A stretch of 64,000 bases of DNA from Candidatus Staskawiczbacteria bacterium (GCA_023245155.1 JAHFKV010000001.1:459034-523033), one strand, 5' to 3'; counted from the stretch's first letter, positions 1 through 10,087 are shown. Numbers and translations: made by a program. The notes: generated by a model from the letters alone, not told the origin.

Positions 1-621
1 AAAGATGGGCATTTAATTGAAAGTAAGAATTATTCGGTAAATGGTGCTGATGGGAAAAAGTTAAAAAAGTTACTGAAAGTGCCCGGGGCGCATAATGTTT
101 CGAACGCCTTATCGGCATTGGCAGTGGCGAGGATTTTGGGGGTTAAAGATGTAGTTTCGTTTAAGGCACTGGCAGAATTTAAGGGAACCTGGCGAAGGTT
201 TGAAACTAAACAAAGCAATGGCATAACGGTTATTTCTGATTATGGGCATCATCCAACGGAAGTAATGGCAACACTTAAAGCTGCGCGGGAAAAGTTTGGG
301 CGTCAGAAAATTTGGTGTATTTTTCAGCCGCATCAGCATCAGCGCACGTATTATTTGTTCAAAGATTTTGTGAAACTTTTCAAAACGGTAAAGATTGATC
401 AAATTATTATCACCGACATTTACGATGTGGCTGGACGTGAAACAAAAACCATCAACCAAAAAGTGGATTCGCAACTGTTAGTCAAAAAAGTTACTAAAAA
501 GAATGTGCAATATATGCCGATGGACAAGGCAGAAAAGTTCGTCAAAGAAAATATTAAGAGTGGAGAAGTGCTGATTATCATGGGCGCGGGAGACGTTTAT
601 AAATTATTTGATAAATTTTAA
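1..621 (+). CDS. murC: UDP-N-acetylmuramate--L-alanine ligase MurC, C-terminal portion (5' end outside window)
   Basis: Frame 1 is open from base 1 to TAA at 619-621. Motifs PGAHNVSNALSALAVA, ISDYGHHPTEV and IFQPHQHQRT are typical of the Mur ligase central/C-terminal domains of MurC. Confidence 0.85.
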   Translation, partial: KDGHLIESKNYSVNGADGKKLKKLLKVPGAHNVSNALSALAVARILGVKDVVSFKALAEFKGTWRRFETKQSNGITVISDYGHHPTEVMATLKAAREKFGRQKIWCIFQPHQHQRTYYLFKDFVKLFKTVKIDQIIITDIYDVAGRETKTINQKVDSQLLVKKVTKKNVQYMPMDKAEKFVKENIKSGEVLIIMGAGDVYKLFDKF

Positions 622-623
622 GT

Positions 624-657
624 AAAAAAACTGGCAAGACCCTGGGGAGTCTTGCCA
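624..657 (-). terminator. Intrinsic terminator of the minus-strand RNA locus (may also serve murC)
   Basis: Stem 632-640 pairs with 649-657. The A-run at 624-630 on plus is a U-run on the minus transcript. Confidence 0.6.
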
Positions 658-938
658 TATGCGGTGGCTGGGAGCTGGTTTATTCAATGCTCCTAGACGT
701 ACCGGCTTTTGACCGGCTGGTGCTGACGACCCGCCTGTCTGCTCTAGGCTTTTTCTTGCGGCATTCGAGGCGGCGTTCTCCCTCGAATGGTACGATTCCT
801 CTGCATCCGCAGATGCAGAGGAAGATCGGAGGCCCATCCTCCGATCGAAACATTGCTTTCCTGGTCAATTGCGAGTCCTTTATAAAAGGGGTTTGTTGAG
901 CCAACTCTGGCAAAGCCTATTGCCATCAAGCAGCCCAC
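625..938 (-). ncRNA. GC-rich structured RNA candidate, class unassigned
   Basis: Framed by its own promoter and terminator. Perfect hairpins at 762-789, 796-823 and 824-846. The predicted 5' and 3' ends are complementary. ORFs are open in several frames on both strands, as in GC-rich non-coding sequence. Confidence 0.5.
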
Positions 939-944
939 GTCAAT

Positions 945-972
945 ATATTAACCTTTCTACGGTAAATGTCAA
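945..972 (-). promoter_or_regulatory. Sigma70-type promoter, TTGACA (972-967), 16-nt spacer, TAATAT (950-945)
   Basis: Read directly on the minus strand. The predicted start is near 938-940. Confidence 0.5.
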
Positions 973-1026
973 GAGTTGATGCAATGTTTATACACTTTTA
1001 ATTTTTCAATAATTCAGTATACTTAT

Positions 1027-2217
1027 ATGAATATGCAACAAGCTAACCAAGAGAAAATTGAAGAGGCGTTAACGCGCGGAGTAGAGGAGGTGATTGTCAA
1101 AGATGAATTAAGGCAAAAAATGCTTTTTGGCAAAAAGCTGCGGATTTATTTTGGCGTGGATCCAACTGGCGCTTTGTTGCATTTGGGGCATGCAGTGGTT
1201 TTGTGGAAGCTACGAGAATTTCAAGAACTGGGCCACGAGGTGATTTTACTAATTGGAGACTTTACGGCCAAAATTGGAGACCCTTCCGGCCGTGATGCAA
1301 CGCGTGTGCCGCTGACTGACAAACAGATTAAGGAAAACATGAAGGATTACAAAAAACAGGCGGCCAAGATTTTGGACTTTTCAAAGGTGAAAGTAAAACA
1401 TAATTCTACTTGGCTTTCTAAACTGAATTTTGCCAAGATTTTGGAATTATCCACGCATTTTACGGTTCAGCAAATGCTGCACCGGGACATGTTTGACAAA
1501 AGAATGAAAGAAAACGCGCCGATTAACCAGTCTGAGTTTATGTATCCGCTGATGCAGGGATATGATTCAGTAGCCATGGATGTGGACTTGGAAATTGGCG
1601 GAAATGACCAAATGTTTAATATGCTGGCCGGCAGAACATTGCAGAAAGCGTACAATAATAAAGACAAAGACATTTTAACGGCGAAATTATTGTTGGGGAC
1701 GGACGGCCGTAAAATGAGCAAGACGTATGACAACGCCATTTATTTAACTGACGAGCCAAATGATATGTTTGGGAAAATTATGTCCATTAAAGATGAGCTG
1801 ATTGCAGATTATTTGGAAATTGCTACAAGATTATCAAATAACGAAATTTTAGAAATTAAGAAAATTCAGAACCCGCGAGATCAAAAAGCTTTGTTGGCCA
1901 AAGAAATTGTGAAGATGTATCATGGGGAGAAAGCCGCACAAGAAGCGGCGGAAAATTTTATCAAAATTTTCCGCCGGCACGAAACGCCCACTGAAATTGC
2001 AGTTTTCAAAACTTCGCGCGTAACTTATCCAGTTTTAGATTTATTATTTGATGCAAAACTGGCTGAATCAAAAAATGATGCCCGTCGCGTAGTGGAGGGA
2101 AATGGCGTAACAATTAATAATGTTAAAGTCACCGACTGGCGGCAAGAAATTAATTTGGAAGACGGCATGGTAATCCAGTTTGGCAAGCGAAAGTTTGTAA
2201 AAATAAAACTAAAATAA
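1027..2217 (+). CDS. tyrS: Tyrosyl-tRNA synthetase
   Basis: HLGH and KMSKT class I signatures (GALLHLGHAVV, GRKMSKT) plus a C-terminal S4-like domain. The start is moved to the ATG at 1027 because the ORF-track N-terminus overlaps the divergent promoter. Confidence 0.9.
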   Translation: MNMQQANQEKIEEALTRGVEEVIVKDELRQKMLFGKKLRIYFGVDPTGALLHLGHAVVLWKLREFQELGHEVILLIGDFTAKIGDPSGRDATRVPLTDKQIKENMKDYKKQAAKILDFSKVKVKHNSTWLSKLNFAKILELSTHFTVQQMLHRDMFDKRMKENAPINQSEFMYPLMQGYDSVAMDVDLEIGGNDQMFNMLAGRTLQKAYNNKDKDILTAKLLLGTDGRKMSKTYDNAIYLTDEPNDMFGKIMSIKDELIADYLEIATRLSNNEILEIKKIQNPRDQKALLAKEIVKMYHGEKAAQEAAENFIKIFRRHETPTEIAVFKTSRVTYPVLDLLFDAKLAESKNDARRVVEGNGVTINNVKVTDWRQEINLEDGMVIQFGKRKFVKIKLK

Positions 2218-2390
2218 TGGAATACAATTACCCCAAAAAATCAATCTGGAAGTGGATATTACTATATTTAATTATCGCGGCCGTAGCCTACGGCGCAGTG
2301 TACTACTTTTTCTTTTACAAAAAGGGTGGCTACAACTACAATTCGCAAAGTTATCAAAACAACTATCAAGTGCCGAAACAATTAAAGTAA
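2217..2390 (+). CDS. Small membrane protein (57 aa), hypothetical
   Basis: The ATG overlaps the tyrS stop (ATAATGG). There is one hydrophobic helix, WKWILLYLIIAAVAYGAVYYFFFY. It falls below the ORF-track length cutoff. Confidence 0.35.
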   Translation: MEYNYPKKSIWKWILLYLIIAAVAYGAVYYFFFYKKGGYNYNSQSYQNNYQVPKQLK

Positions 2391-2399
2391 AAATAAAAA

Positions 2400-3815
2400 A
2401 TGCAACGATTTCTTATCAGCGAAACGGCCAAACACATTGGCGAAAAAGTGAAAGTAGCCGGATGGGTGACCGTGCGGCGCGCACATGGCAAGTTGGTGTT
2501 TATTGATTTGCGCGACAGGTCGGGAGTTTTGCAATGCGTGTTTGTGCCGTCCGTAAATAAAGAGGCGCATGAAAAAGCGCAGGAAATTCGCACTGAATGG
2601 GTGGTTGAGCTGATCGGGCAAGTTATTAAGCGCCCGGAAAAAATGGTGAATAAAGAAATTGAAACTGGAAGCGTTGAAATGTCTGTGGAAGAAGTGCAAG
2701 TGATTTCAAAAGCCCAAACTCCGCCGTTTGATGTGACCACCAGTGGCATGGAAGTGAATGAAGAAGTACGCATGAAATACCGCTATTTAGATTTACGCCG
2801 GCCACGGCTGCAGCATAACCTTATTATGCGACACAAGGCAGCAAAATTTGTTAGAGATTTTCTAACTGCTGAAGGTTTTATTGAAATAGAGACACCAATG
2901 CTGACCAAGTCTACTCCGGAGGGATCAAGAGACTTCGTGGTTCCATCTCGTTTACAGCCAGGGAAGTTTTACGCATTACCGCAGTCGCCACAACAGTACA
3001 AGCAGTTATTCATGGTGGCTGGTTTGGAAAGATATTTTCAGATTGCGCGAGCACTGCGGGATGAAGACGTAAGAGGGGATAGGCAGTTTGAGCACACGCA
3101 AATTGATATGGAAATGAGTTTTGTCCAAAGAGAGGACGTCATGGAATTGAACGAGCGTATGATTATTGCGGTGGTCCAGAATTTATTTCCTGAAAAGAAG
3201 ATACAAGAGATTCCATTTCCGCGTTTAAGTTACAAGGAGGCTATGGAAAAATATAATTCTGATAAACCGGATATTCGCACGGACAAAAATGATCCAAATT
3301 TACTGGCTTTTTGTTGGGTGATTGATTTTCCATTTTTTGAAAAAACAGATGAGGGCGGTTGGACGTTTACGCACAATCCGTTTTCGGCTGCCAAACCAGA
3401 GTTTGCCAAAGATCTGATAGAAAAAAAGAATATTGGCAATATCTTAACCACTCAATACGATTTGGCTTTAAATGGTGTGGAAGTTGGCGGAGGCAGCGTT
3501 AGAAACCATACTCCTGAAGCCCTGGAAAAAGTATTTGAAATTATGGGGTATAAGACTGAAGAAATTAAAAAACAGTTTAGTCACATGCTCGATGCTTTTA
3601 GTTTTGGAGCTCCGCCACATGGAGGGATTGCCTATGGATTTGATAGGCTCTTGGCCACGCTTTTAAATGAAACGAGCATTCGCGAGGTAATTGCTTTTCC
3701 AAAAACCGGGGATGGCCGCGACTTGATGATGGATGCCCCAAGCGAAATTTATCCGGCACAATTGAAAGAGTTGCACATTAAGGTTGAAAATCCGAAACTA
3801 AAGAAGAAAGCATGA
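2400..3815 (+). CDS. aspS: Aspartyl-tRNA synthetase, bacterial-type core without the GAD insertion
   Basis: FIDLRDRSGVLQCVF OB-fold region. Class II motif 2 is FQIARALRDEDVRGDRQFEHTQIDMEMSF and motif 3 is GGGSVRNH...GIAYGFDR. At 471 aa it is shorter than typical bacterial AspRS. Confidence 0.9.
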   Translation: MQRFLISETAKHIGEKVKVAGWVTVRRAHGKLVFIDLRDRSGVLQCVFVPSVNKEAHEKAQEIRTEWVVELIGQVIKRPEKMVNKEIETGSVEMSVEEVQVISKAQTPPFDVTTSGMEVNEEVRMKYRYLDLRRPRLQHNLIMRHKAAKFVRDFLTAEGFIEIETPMLTKSTPEGSRDFVVPSRLQPGKFYALPQSPQQYKQLFMVAGLERYFQIARALRDEDVRGDRQFEHTQIDMEMSFVQREDVMELNERMIIAVVQNLFPEKKIQEIPFPRLSYKEAMEKYNSDKPDIRTDKNDPNLLAFCWVIDFPFFEKTDEGGWTFTHNPFSAAKPEFAKDLIEKKNIGNILTTQYDLALNGVEVGGGSVRNHTPEALEKVFEIMGYKTEEIKKQFSHMLDAFSFGAPPHGGIAYGFDRLLATLLNETSIREVIAFPKTGDGRDLMMDAPSEIYPAQLKELHIKVENPKLKKKA

Positions 3816-4666
3816 TTATTCTCGCCGATCCCAACCGGAAGATAAAAAAAGCACTGAAGGTGGCTTTGGTATCTTTTTTTGTAGTTGCATTGATGGTTGC
3901 TTATGGCATGCCTTGGGGTCAAAAAAATGCTTTAGCCGGATTGGAAGCAAGTGCTTCCAACCAGATGCCGTTAACTAATTTACCTGTCTACCATCAGGGC
4001 GCGGGGAATTTGCAGATCGAAGCACCCTCAGCAATTTCAATTGCAGTTGGTTTTGAAAACGACAAGGTTCTATTTGCCAAAAACGAAACAGAGCAACTGC
4101 CCATTGCCAGCTTAACAAAATTAATGACAGCCTTGGTGGTATTTGAGCGGTATGATGTCAGCCAGGTCCATGATTTGCTGTTTGATATGCTGATTGAATC
4201 TTCAAACGAAGCTGCCCAAACTCTTTCAGGCATGATGGGACAGGAAGCATTCGTAGCAGCCATGAATGCGCGGGCCAAAGATCTGGGAATGGCCAACACT
4301 CATTTTGCAGACAGTTCTGGTTTAAGCCCTCAGTCAGTTTCCAGTGCCCAAGATGTAGTAACGTTGGCAGAATATTTGTTTGAACAGTATCCGCTATTCC
4401 GTGAAATCATCAGTTTACCAACGTACCAACTAAGAGTAAATAACCAGTTTTACACTATTGCTAACACTAACAAATTGCTGGGCCAAGATAATATTATCGG
4501 CGGTAAAACTGGATTTACCCAGGAGGCAAAAGGTTGCATGATGGTGGTGCAGCAATCTTTGCAGGAAAGCCACTATATTATTAGTGTGGTACTGGGCTCG
4601 CAAGACCGTTTTTTGGAAACAAAACATATTATTGAATGGGCCAGCCAGGCCTACACATGGCAATGA
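3812..4666 (+). CDS. D-alanyl-D-alanine carboxypeptidase (serine peptidase S11 family)
   Basis: SxxK (ASLTK), SxN (SSNEAA) and KTG (GKTGFT) motifs, with an N-terminal membrane anchor. Confidence 0.8.
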   Translation: MIILADPNRKIKKALKVALVSFFVVALMVAYGMPWGQKNALAGLEASASNQMPLTNLPVYHQGAGNLQIEAPSAISIAVGFENDKVLFAKNETEQLPIASLTKLMTALVVFERYDVSQVHDLLFDMLIESSNEAAQTLSGMMGQEAFVAAMNARAKDLGMANTHFADSSGLSPQSVSSAQDVVTLAEYLFEQYPLFREIISLPTYQLRVNNQFYTIANTNKLLGQDNIIGGKTGFTQEAKGCMMVVQQSLQESHYIISVVLGSQDRFLETKHIIEWASQAYTWQ

Positions 4667-5694
4667 CCAATTTAACCTTCAGCGTAATAAAAGTGTTGGG
4701 AACATCGGCTGTGGCATCGGCCATTGCCATTTTATGGGCACCTCTTTTAATTGATTTTTTGTACAAGCACCAGCTCTGGAAGAAAACTGGCGGTAAAAAA
4801 GCCATTAGCGGGGAAGAAGCAGTGGTGTTTAATAGTTTACACAAAGAACGTGAAACTAAAGTTCCGCGCATGGGCGGGCTGCTGATTTTCATTACCGTGG
4901 TAGCCATTACGCTCGTTTCTTACTTTACTCCGTTGAATTTCTTGTCCCGGAGCCAAACCTGGCTGCCGTTATTTACCTTGATGGCCGCATCACTCTTTGG
5001 TTTGCTGGATGATATCCTCGTGGTTTCTAATTTGGGAAAATATATCGGCGGGGGAATTTCATTTAAAAAACGCCTTGTGGTGGTGGCCCTGATTGGCTTG
5101 GCCGGCGGACTTTGGTTTTTTTATAAACTGCAGTGGGATGTGATTAGCATTCCGTTGGTGGGCCACTTCGCAATTGGCATTTGGTATGTGCCATTGTTTG
5201 TGTTGGTGATGATTGCTTGCTGGTCAGGGGGTATTATCGACGGTATTGACGGCTTGAGCGGCGGCGCGTTTGCTTCTATGTTTGGAGCTTTCACGGTGAT
5301 TGCGTTTTCACAAGGAAAAGTGGATTTGGCCACCTTCTGCGCAGTTATTACGGGAACCCTGTTTTCTTTTTTATGGTTCAACATCCCCCCTGCCCGTTTT
5401 TACATGACCGAGGTGGGCAGCCTGGGCTTGGTAGCCACGCTTTCAGTAGTTGCATTTTTAACCGATTCAGTGGTAGTTTTGCCCATTATTGCTGGATTGT
5501 TGGTGCTGGAAGTTGGTTCGGTTATCATTCAATTATTGAGCAAAAAAATCCGTAAGAAAAAGATTTTTTTAAGCACGCCCATCCACCATCATTTTGAGGC
5601 CATCGGCTGGCCCGCTTACAAGGTTACCATGAGGCTCTGGATTGTGGGCATCGTTTTGGCAATTATTGGTGTAGTAATCAAATTGCTTGGCTAG
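4636..5694 (+). CDS. mraY: Phospho-N-acetylmuramoyl-pentapeptide transferase MraY
   Basis: GLLDD, IDGIDGL and HHHFE motifs in a polytopic membrane protein. The start is uncertain; ATGs at 4657 and 4663 are also possible. Confidence 0.9.
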   Translation: MGQPGLHMAMTNLTFSVIKVLGTSAVASAIAILWAPLLIDFLYKHQLWKKTGGKKAISGEEAVVFNSLHKERETKVPRMGGLLIFITVVAITLVSYFTPLNFLSRSQTWLPLFTLMAASLFGLLDDILVVSNLGKYIGGGISFKKRLVVVALIGLAGGLWFFYKLQWDVISIPLVGHFAIGIWYVPLFVLVMIACWSGGIIDGIDGLSGGAFASMFGAFTVIAFSQGKVDLATFCAVITGTLFSFLWFNIPPARFYMTEVGSLGLVATLSVVAFLTDSVVVLPIIAGLLVLEVGSVIIQLLSKKIRKKKIFLSTPIHHHFEAIGWPAYKVTMRLWIVGIVLAIIGVVIKLLG

Positions 5695-5720
5695 TGCGTT
5701 TGGTATACAATACATAGTAT

Positions 5721-6941
5721 ATGAATTTTGATGTGAATCCACCGGTAACTCCCGGCCCCAAAAAGAAAAAAGTCATTCAGTACCTGATTTGGATAGTAAT
5801 CATCGCCACGGTTTTTGGTGGTGGGTTTTTGGTTGGTCAGAAAACTAAACATTTGGCGGTACAGCCGGGCCAAGTTGATTTCTCCTTGTTTTGGGATGCT
5901 TACAATAAGCTGCATCAAAACTATATCAGCTCAGACAAGATTACCGACCAGAAAATTTTATATGGGGCCATTGATGGTATGACCAGGAGTCTGGGCGACC
6001 CTTATACCGATTTTTTTGATCCCATTCAAGCTAAGGCTTTCCAGCAACAACTGGCCGGGTCGTTTGAGGGCATTGGGGTGGAAGTGGGACTGAAAAAAGA
6101 CCAGTTAACGGTGATTGCTCCGCTCAAAAACACGCCAGGAGAAAAAGCCGGTTTAAAAGCGGGGGATTTGATTATTAAAATCAATGGCAAAAGCACCGAT
6201 GGCATGTCAACTGATGATGCGGTCAACCTGATCCGGGGCAAAGGCGGAACTACCGTCACCATAACCATTTTCCGCGACGGATTTACCCAGCCCAAAGACA
6301 TTGCAATTACGCGGGCTACCATCACTATTCCTTCCATGGATTGGGAATTAAAAAATGGAAACGTGGCCTATATCCGCTTTTACCAATTTGATCAGACTCT
6401 GGCCGCAGATTTTAAAAAAGCCGCATTTGAAATTTTGTCTTCACCCGCTAAGAAAATTGTTCTGGACGTGCGTAATAATCCCGGTGGTTACCTGGAAATT
6501 TGCCAGGAGGTGGCCGGCTGGTTCTTAAAACCTGGCCAAGTGGTCACCTTGGAGGACTTCGGCAAAGGCAAAGAACAAAAAAAATATCCGGCCCAGGGCA
6601 ACGGTGCATTTGCAGATTATCCGATGGTGGTGTTAATGAATAAGGGTTCGGCTTCCGCCTCTGAAATTTTAGCGGGGGCTTTGCATGACAACCGTAATGT
6701 AAAACTGGTGGGAGAAAAATCATTTGGCAAAGGTTCAGTGCAAGAAGTTACTCCGCTGCAGGATGGCCAATCATTTTTAAAAATTACCATTGCCCATTGG
6801 CTGACTCCCAAAGGCAATTCCATTTCAGAAGTGGGTTTAAGCCCCGATATAAAGGTGGTCGCCAATGATAATGACATTGAAGGCTCTGCAAATGATACTC
6901 AGCTTGCAAGAGCCCTTGAAATAATAACCGGCATGCAGTAA
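5721..6941 (+). CDS. Carboxy-terminal processing protease (peptidase S41) with PDZ domain
   Basis: LDVRNNPGGYL, GSASASEILAGAL and SFGKGSVQ motifs, an N-terminal TM anchor, and a PDZ-like GLKAGDLIIKING. Confidence 0.85.
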   Translation: MNFDVNPPVTPGPKKKKVIQYLIWIVIIATVFGGGFLVGQKTKHLAVQPGQVDFSLFWDAYNKLHQNYISSDKITDQKILYGAIDGMTRSLGDPYTDFFDPIQAKAFQQQLAGSFEGIGVEVGLKKDQLTVIAPLKNTPGEKAGLKAGDLIIKINGKSTDGMSTDDAVNLIRGKGGTTVTITIFRDGFTQPKDIAITRATITIPSMDWELKNGNVAYIRFYQFDQTLAADFKKAAFEILSSPAKKIVLDVRNNPGGYLEICQEVAGWFLKPGQVVTLEDFGKGKEQKKYPAQGNGAFADYPMVVLMNKGSASASEILAGALHDNRNVKLVGEKSFGKGSVQEVTPLQDGQSFLKITIAHWLTPKGNSISEVGLSPDIKVVANDNDIEGSANDTQLARALEIITGMQ

Positions 6942-6965
6942 TATGGAACCTGTAATGCAAAAATC

Positions 6966-7424
6966 ATGAAAGTTATATTACTAAAAGACATTGAAAACGT
7001 GGGAAAAAAGTTTGAAATAAAGGATATAAAGCCCGGCCATGCCCGGAACTTTTTGATCCCTCAGAATTCAGCCAAACCAGCCACCAAGCAGAATTTAGAA
7101 TGGCTTGAAGAACAGAAAAAAGTGGTGGAAGCGGCGGTTACAGAAGAACTAAAGCACGTACAGGAATTGGCTTCAAAGATTGACGGTTTGGAAGTTACCA
7201 TGATGGTTAAAATTGGTGAAGACGGTCAGCTGTTTGAATCTATTAACACCCAAAAAATTTCAGAAAAGTTAAAGGAGATGGGCTTTGAGGTGAAGAAATC
7301 ACAGATTAATTTAGAAAAACCGATTAAAGAAGCTGGCGAATTCCCCGTGAAGGTAAGTTTAGACCACAACTTGGAAGCCGAGCTGAACGTAATAATTACT
7401 GGTGAAAAAGAAGCTGAGATGTAA
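6966..7424 (+). CDS. rplI: 50S ribosomal protein L9
   Basis: MKVILLKDIENVGKK...GHARNFLIPQN is a typical L9 N-terminus. Confidence 0.9.
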   Translation: MKVILLKDIENVGKKFEIKDIKPGHARNFLIPQNSAKPATKQNLEWLEEQKKVVEAAVTEELKHVQELASKIDGLEVTMMVKIGEDGQLFESINTQKISEKLKEMGFEVKKSQINLEKPIKEAGEFPVKVSLDHNLEAELNVIITGEKEAEM

Positions 7425-7451
7425 TCTCAGTTTTTTCTTGCAGGACACATT

Positions 7452-9083
7452 ATGGCAAAATATATTTTCGTAGTAGGCGGAGTAATGAGTGGAATTGGAA
7501 AGGGTATCGCGACCGCTTCTATTGGTCGCATTTTAAAAAGCAAAGGCTTTCGTGTTACCGCCATCAAAATTGATCCATACATCAATGTGGATGCGGGCAC
7601 CATGAACCCCACCGAACACGGTGAGGTTTTTGTATTGGACGACGGTTATGAAACAGACCAGGATATGGGTAACTATGAACGTTTTTTAGACGAATCACTG
7701 CCTTCCATTAATTACATGACTACAGGCCGGGTGTACCAGGAGGTCATCCGCCGTGAGCGTAACTTAGAGTATAAGGGTAAAAACGTGGAAGTGGTTCCCG
7801 ATATACCACTTGAGGTAATACGTCGCATTAAAGAAGCCACGGTGCAAGCCCAAGCAGATATAACGCTCATTGAAGTGGGGGGCACGATCGGTGAATATCA
7901 AAACATTATCTTTTTAGAAGCGGCTCGTATGCTAAAGCACGAGTGTCCTGCGGATGTGGCCGTGGTGATGCTTTCCTATGTTCCCATACCCCAAAACATT
8001 GGTGAAATGAAAACCAAACCCACCCAGTATGCGTCGCGCGAGTTAAATTCCGCGGGGCTTCAAGCCGACGTTATTTTGGCCCGGGCTCTGGTTTCCCTTG
8101 ACCACAAGCGTAAAGAAAAGATTGCAACCTTTTGTAACATTCTGCCAGAACGGGTAATTTCGGCCCCGGATGTGGAAAGCATTTATGATGTACCGCTGAA
8201 CTTTGAAAAAGACGGACTAGGGGATATATTATGCGACATATTAGGTTTAAAAAAACAGCCCACTGACCTTTCGCAATGGCAGGCATTTGTGGCTAAAGTA
8301 AAAAACGGTAGTAAGAAAGTGAATATTGCCGTGGTGGGAAAATATTTCATGTCGGGCGACTACGTGCTTTCCGACGTATATATTTCTGTTATTGAAGCTT
8401 TAAAGCATGCTGCTGCCCACCATGACGCTAAAATTCAGCTTTCATATTTAGACTCGGAAGAATATGAAAAGAATCCTGAGAAATTGGAAGAGCTGCGGAA
8501 ATTTGATGGCATATTAGTACCAGGCGGATTTGGCAGCAGGGGAGTGGAAGGAATCATCAGTGCCATTCGCTTTGTGCGTGAAAATAAGATTCCGTATTTT
8601 GGTCTGTGCTATGGGATGCAATTAATGTGTGTTGAATATGCAAGAAATGTGGCTGGAATCCCGGATGCCCACACCGCAGAAATAAAACCAGAAGCCAAAA
8701 ACACGGTGATTGACATTATGCCCGAGCAAAAAGAAAAAATGGCCCGCGGGGAATTTGGCGGTACCATGCGTTTGGGCGGATATCCTTGCAAGTTGCGCCA
8801 TGATACCATTGCGTTCAAAGCCTATGGTGATGCTAACGAAATCCGTGAGCGCCACCGGCATCGTTTTGAAGTTAATCCAAATTCACTCATCAAACTTACG
8901 GAGGCCGGCCTTAAGTTTTCAGGCGTTTCTCCCGACCACCGTTTAATGGAAATTGCTGAACTTCCAAAACAAAAGCACCCATTTTTCTTGGGTACTCAAT
9001 TTCATCCTGAATTTTTATCGCGGCCGCTAACCCCGCATCCACTCTTTTGCGCTTTTATTTCGGCAGCACGTGCACAACAGTAG
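7452..9083 (+). CDS. pyrG: CTP synthase
   Basis: [20 protein letters not shown]-terminus and a glutamine amidotransferase domain with GLCYGMQ and HRHRFEVN. Confidence 0.95.
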   Translation: MAKYIFVVGGVMSGIGKGIATASIGRILKSKGFRVTAIKIDPYINVDAGTMNPTEHGEVFVLDDGYETDQDMGNYERFLDESLPSINYMTTGRVYQEVIRRERNLEYKGKNVEVVPDIPLEVIRRIKEATVQAQADITLIEVGGTIGEYQNIIFLEAARMLKHECPADVAVVMLSYVPIPQNIGEMKTKPTQYASRELNSAGLQADVILARALVSLDHKRKEKIATFCNILPERVISAPDVESIYDVPLNFEKDGLGDILCDILGLKKQPTDLSQWQAFVAKVKNGSKKVNIAVVGKYFMSGDYVLSDVYISVIEALKHAAAHHDAKIQLSYLDSEEYEKNPEKLEELRKFDGILVPGGFGSRGVEGIISAIRFVRENKIPYFGLCYGMQLMCVEYARNVAGIPDAHTAEIKPEAKNTVIDIMPEQKEKMARGEFGGTMRLGGYPCKLRHDTIAFKAYGDANEIRERHRHRFEVNPNSLIKLTEAGLKFSGVSPDHRLMEIAELPKQKHPFFLGTQFHPEFLSRPLTPHPLFCAFISAARAQQ

Positions 9084-9333
9084 CCAGCCTTTGCTTGCCA
9101 TTAAAGAGTTTTTTGCGCATACTTGAAAATTTGACGGTTCCCGTAATGGCTGCATACAAGGTATCGTCACCTCCCTTTTTCATGTTGCTTCCTGCCAGGT
9201 ATTTGGTTCCACGTTGGCGCACTACAATCTGGCCAACTTTTACCGTTTGGCCTCCGTAAATTTTAATTCCTAAACGCTGAGCAGCCGAGTCTCTTCCAAG
9301 CCTGGATGCCCCTGTTGATTTACTGGTTGACAT
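9055..9333 (-). CDS. rpmA: 50S ribosomal protein L27
   Basis: [22 protein letters not shown]...[11 protein letters not shown] is the L27 signature. The start is moved to the ATG at 9333 because the ORF-track N-terminal 50 aa are not L27-like. The 3' end overlaps pyrG convergently by 29 nt. Confidence 0.85.
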   Translation of the reverse strand: MSTSKSTGASRLGRDSAAQRLGIKIYGGQTVKVGQIVVRQRGTKYLAGSNMKKGGDDTLYAAITGTVKFSSMRKKLFNGKQRLATVVHVLPK

Positions 9334-9403
9334 GACTTTTGAGCATTTAAATGTTAATATCCGAATATTAGCAAAAATATCATAGTTTGTCAAAATATCT
9401 TTC

Positions 9404-10087
9404 ATGAAAATACCCCAGCATATCGTCTTGTTTCCCGACGGTAATCGAAGATGGGCTAAAACCAATAATCTTTCCATTAACAAAGGCTATTTGGCCGGCG
9501 AAAAAAACTTCGCTGATTTTTTACGTTGGTGCAAAAGCAGGGGAGTCAAGGTGATTACCGTATTTGGTTTTTCAACCGAAAACTGGAAACGTCCCAAGCA
9601 GCAAGTGAATTTTCTCATGCACCTGTTTGAAAAATATTTGGGCGAGGGGATTGAAGATCTTACCAAAGAGGGCGCTAGAATAAAAATTATCGGTCAAAAA
9701 GAAAAGTTATCTCCATCACTGCAACAAGTGATAAAAAACGTAGAATCTGCCACAGAGAACAACACTGCCATTCATATTAATTTGGCAGTTAGTTATGGTG
9801 GCAGGTGGGATATTTTGCAAGCCTTTAAAAAAATGTCAGAGGAGGGGATTGCCTCAAGTAAAATAACAGAAGAATCTTTGGAGCGATATTTGTCTACGGC
9901 TGGCCTGCCCGAACCAGATTTAATCATCAGGGCGGGTGGCGAAATGCGTATTTCTAATTTTGTGTTGTGGCAAGCGGCCTATGCGGAGCTTTATTTCTCC
10001 CCCAAAATGTGGCCGGATTTTAATGAGCAAGATTTAGATACGGCCTTAGAAGAATTTGATAGGCGTCATCGGAGATTTGGCTCTTGA
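9404..10087 (+). CDS. uppS: Undecaprenyl diphosphate synthase
   Basis: [26 protein letters not shown] and a C-terminal RFG. Confidence 0.9.
   Translation: MKIPQHIVLFPDGNRRWAKTNNLSINKGYLAGEKNFADFLRWCKSRGVKVITVFGFSTENWKRPKQQVNFLMHLFEKYLGEGIEDLTKEGARIKIIGQKEKLSPSLQQVIKNVESATENNTAIHINLAVSYGGRWDILQAFKKMSEEGIASSKITEESLERYLSTAGLPEPDLIIRAGGEMRISNFVLWQAAYAELYFSPKMWPDFNEQDLDTALEEFDRRHRRFGS

Noticed and set aside
604-938. Four overlapping 64-77-aa ORFs on both strands (604-837, 680-913, 744-938 minus; 687-899 plus).
   Set aside because: They overlap one another in a GC-rich block full of perfect hairpins, and their compositions look random (R/S/P/C-rich). Such open frames are expected in GC-rich non-coding DNA. 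Only the 57-codon sub-frame from 853 is kept as an explicit alternative in the finding.
625-938. RNase P RNA, tmRNA or SRP RNA at locus 1. The similarity of GGGCUGCUUGA to the E. coli RNase P P15-P17 region was noticed.
   Set aside because: There is no CR-I/CR-V RNase P core, no tRNA-like acceptor/T-arm or tag reading frame ending in a typical ..AA stop, and no GGAA-tetraloop helix 8. The short match is most likely coincidental. This needs cmscan to be certain.
625-975. T-box leader or other cis-regulator of tyrS.
   Set aside because: The promoter and terminator signals are on the opposite strand to tyrS. No T-box sequence (GGGTGGTACCGCG-like) or specifier/antiterminator layout is visible on the plus strand.
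9055-9083. 29-nt convergent overlap of the pyrG and rpmA 3' ends as a regulatory feature.
   Set aside because: Short convergent overlaps are common in compact genomes, and no associated structure was seen. It is noted only in the feature evidence.
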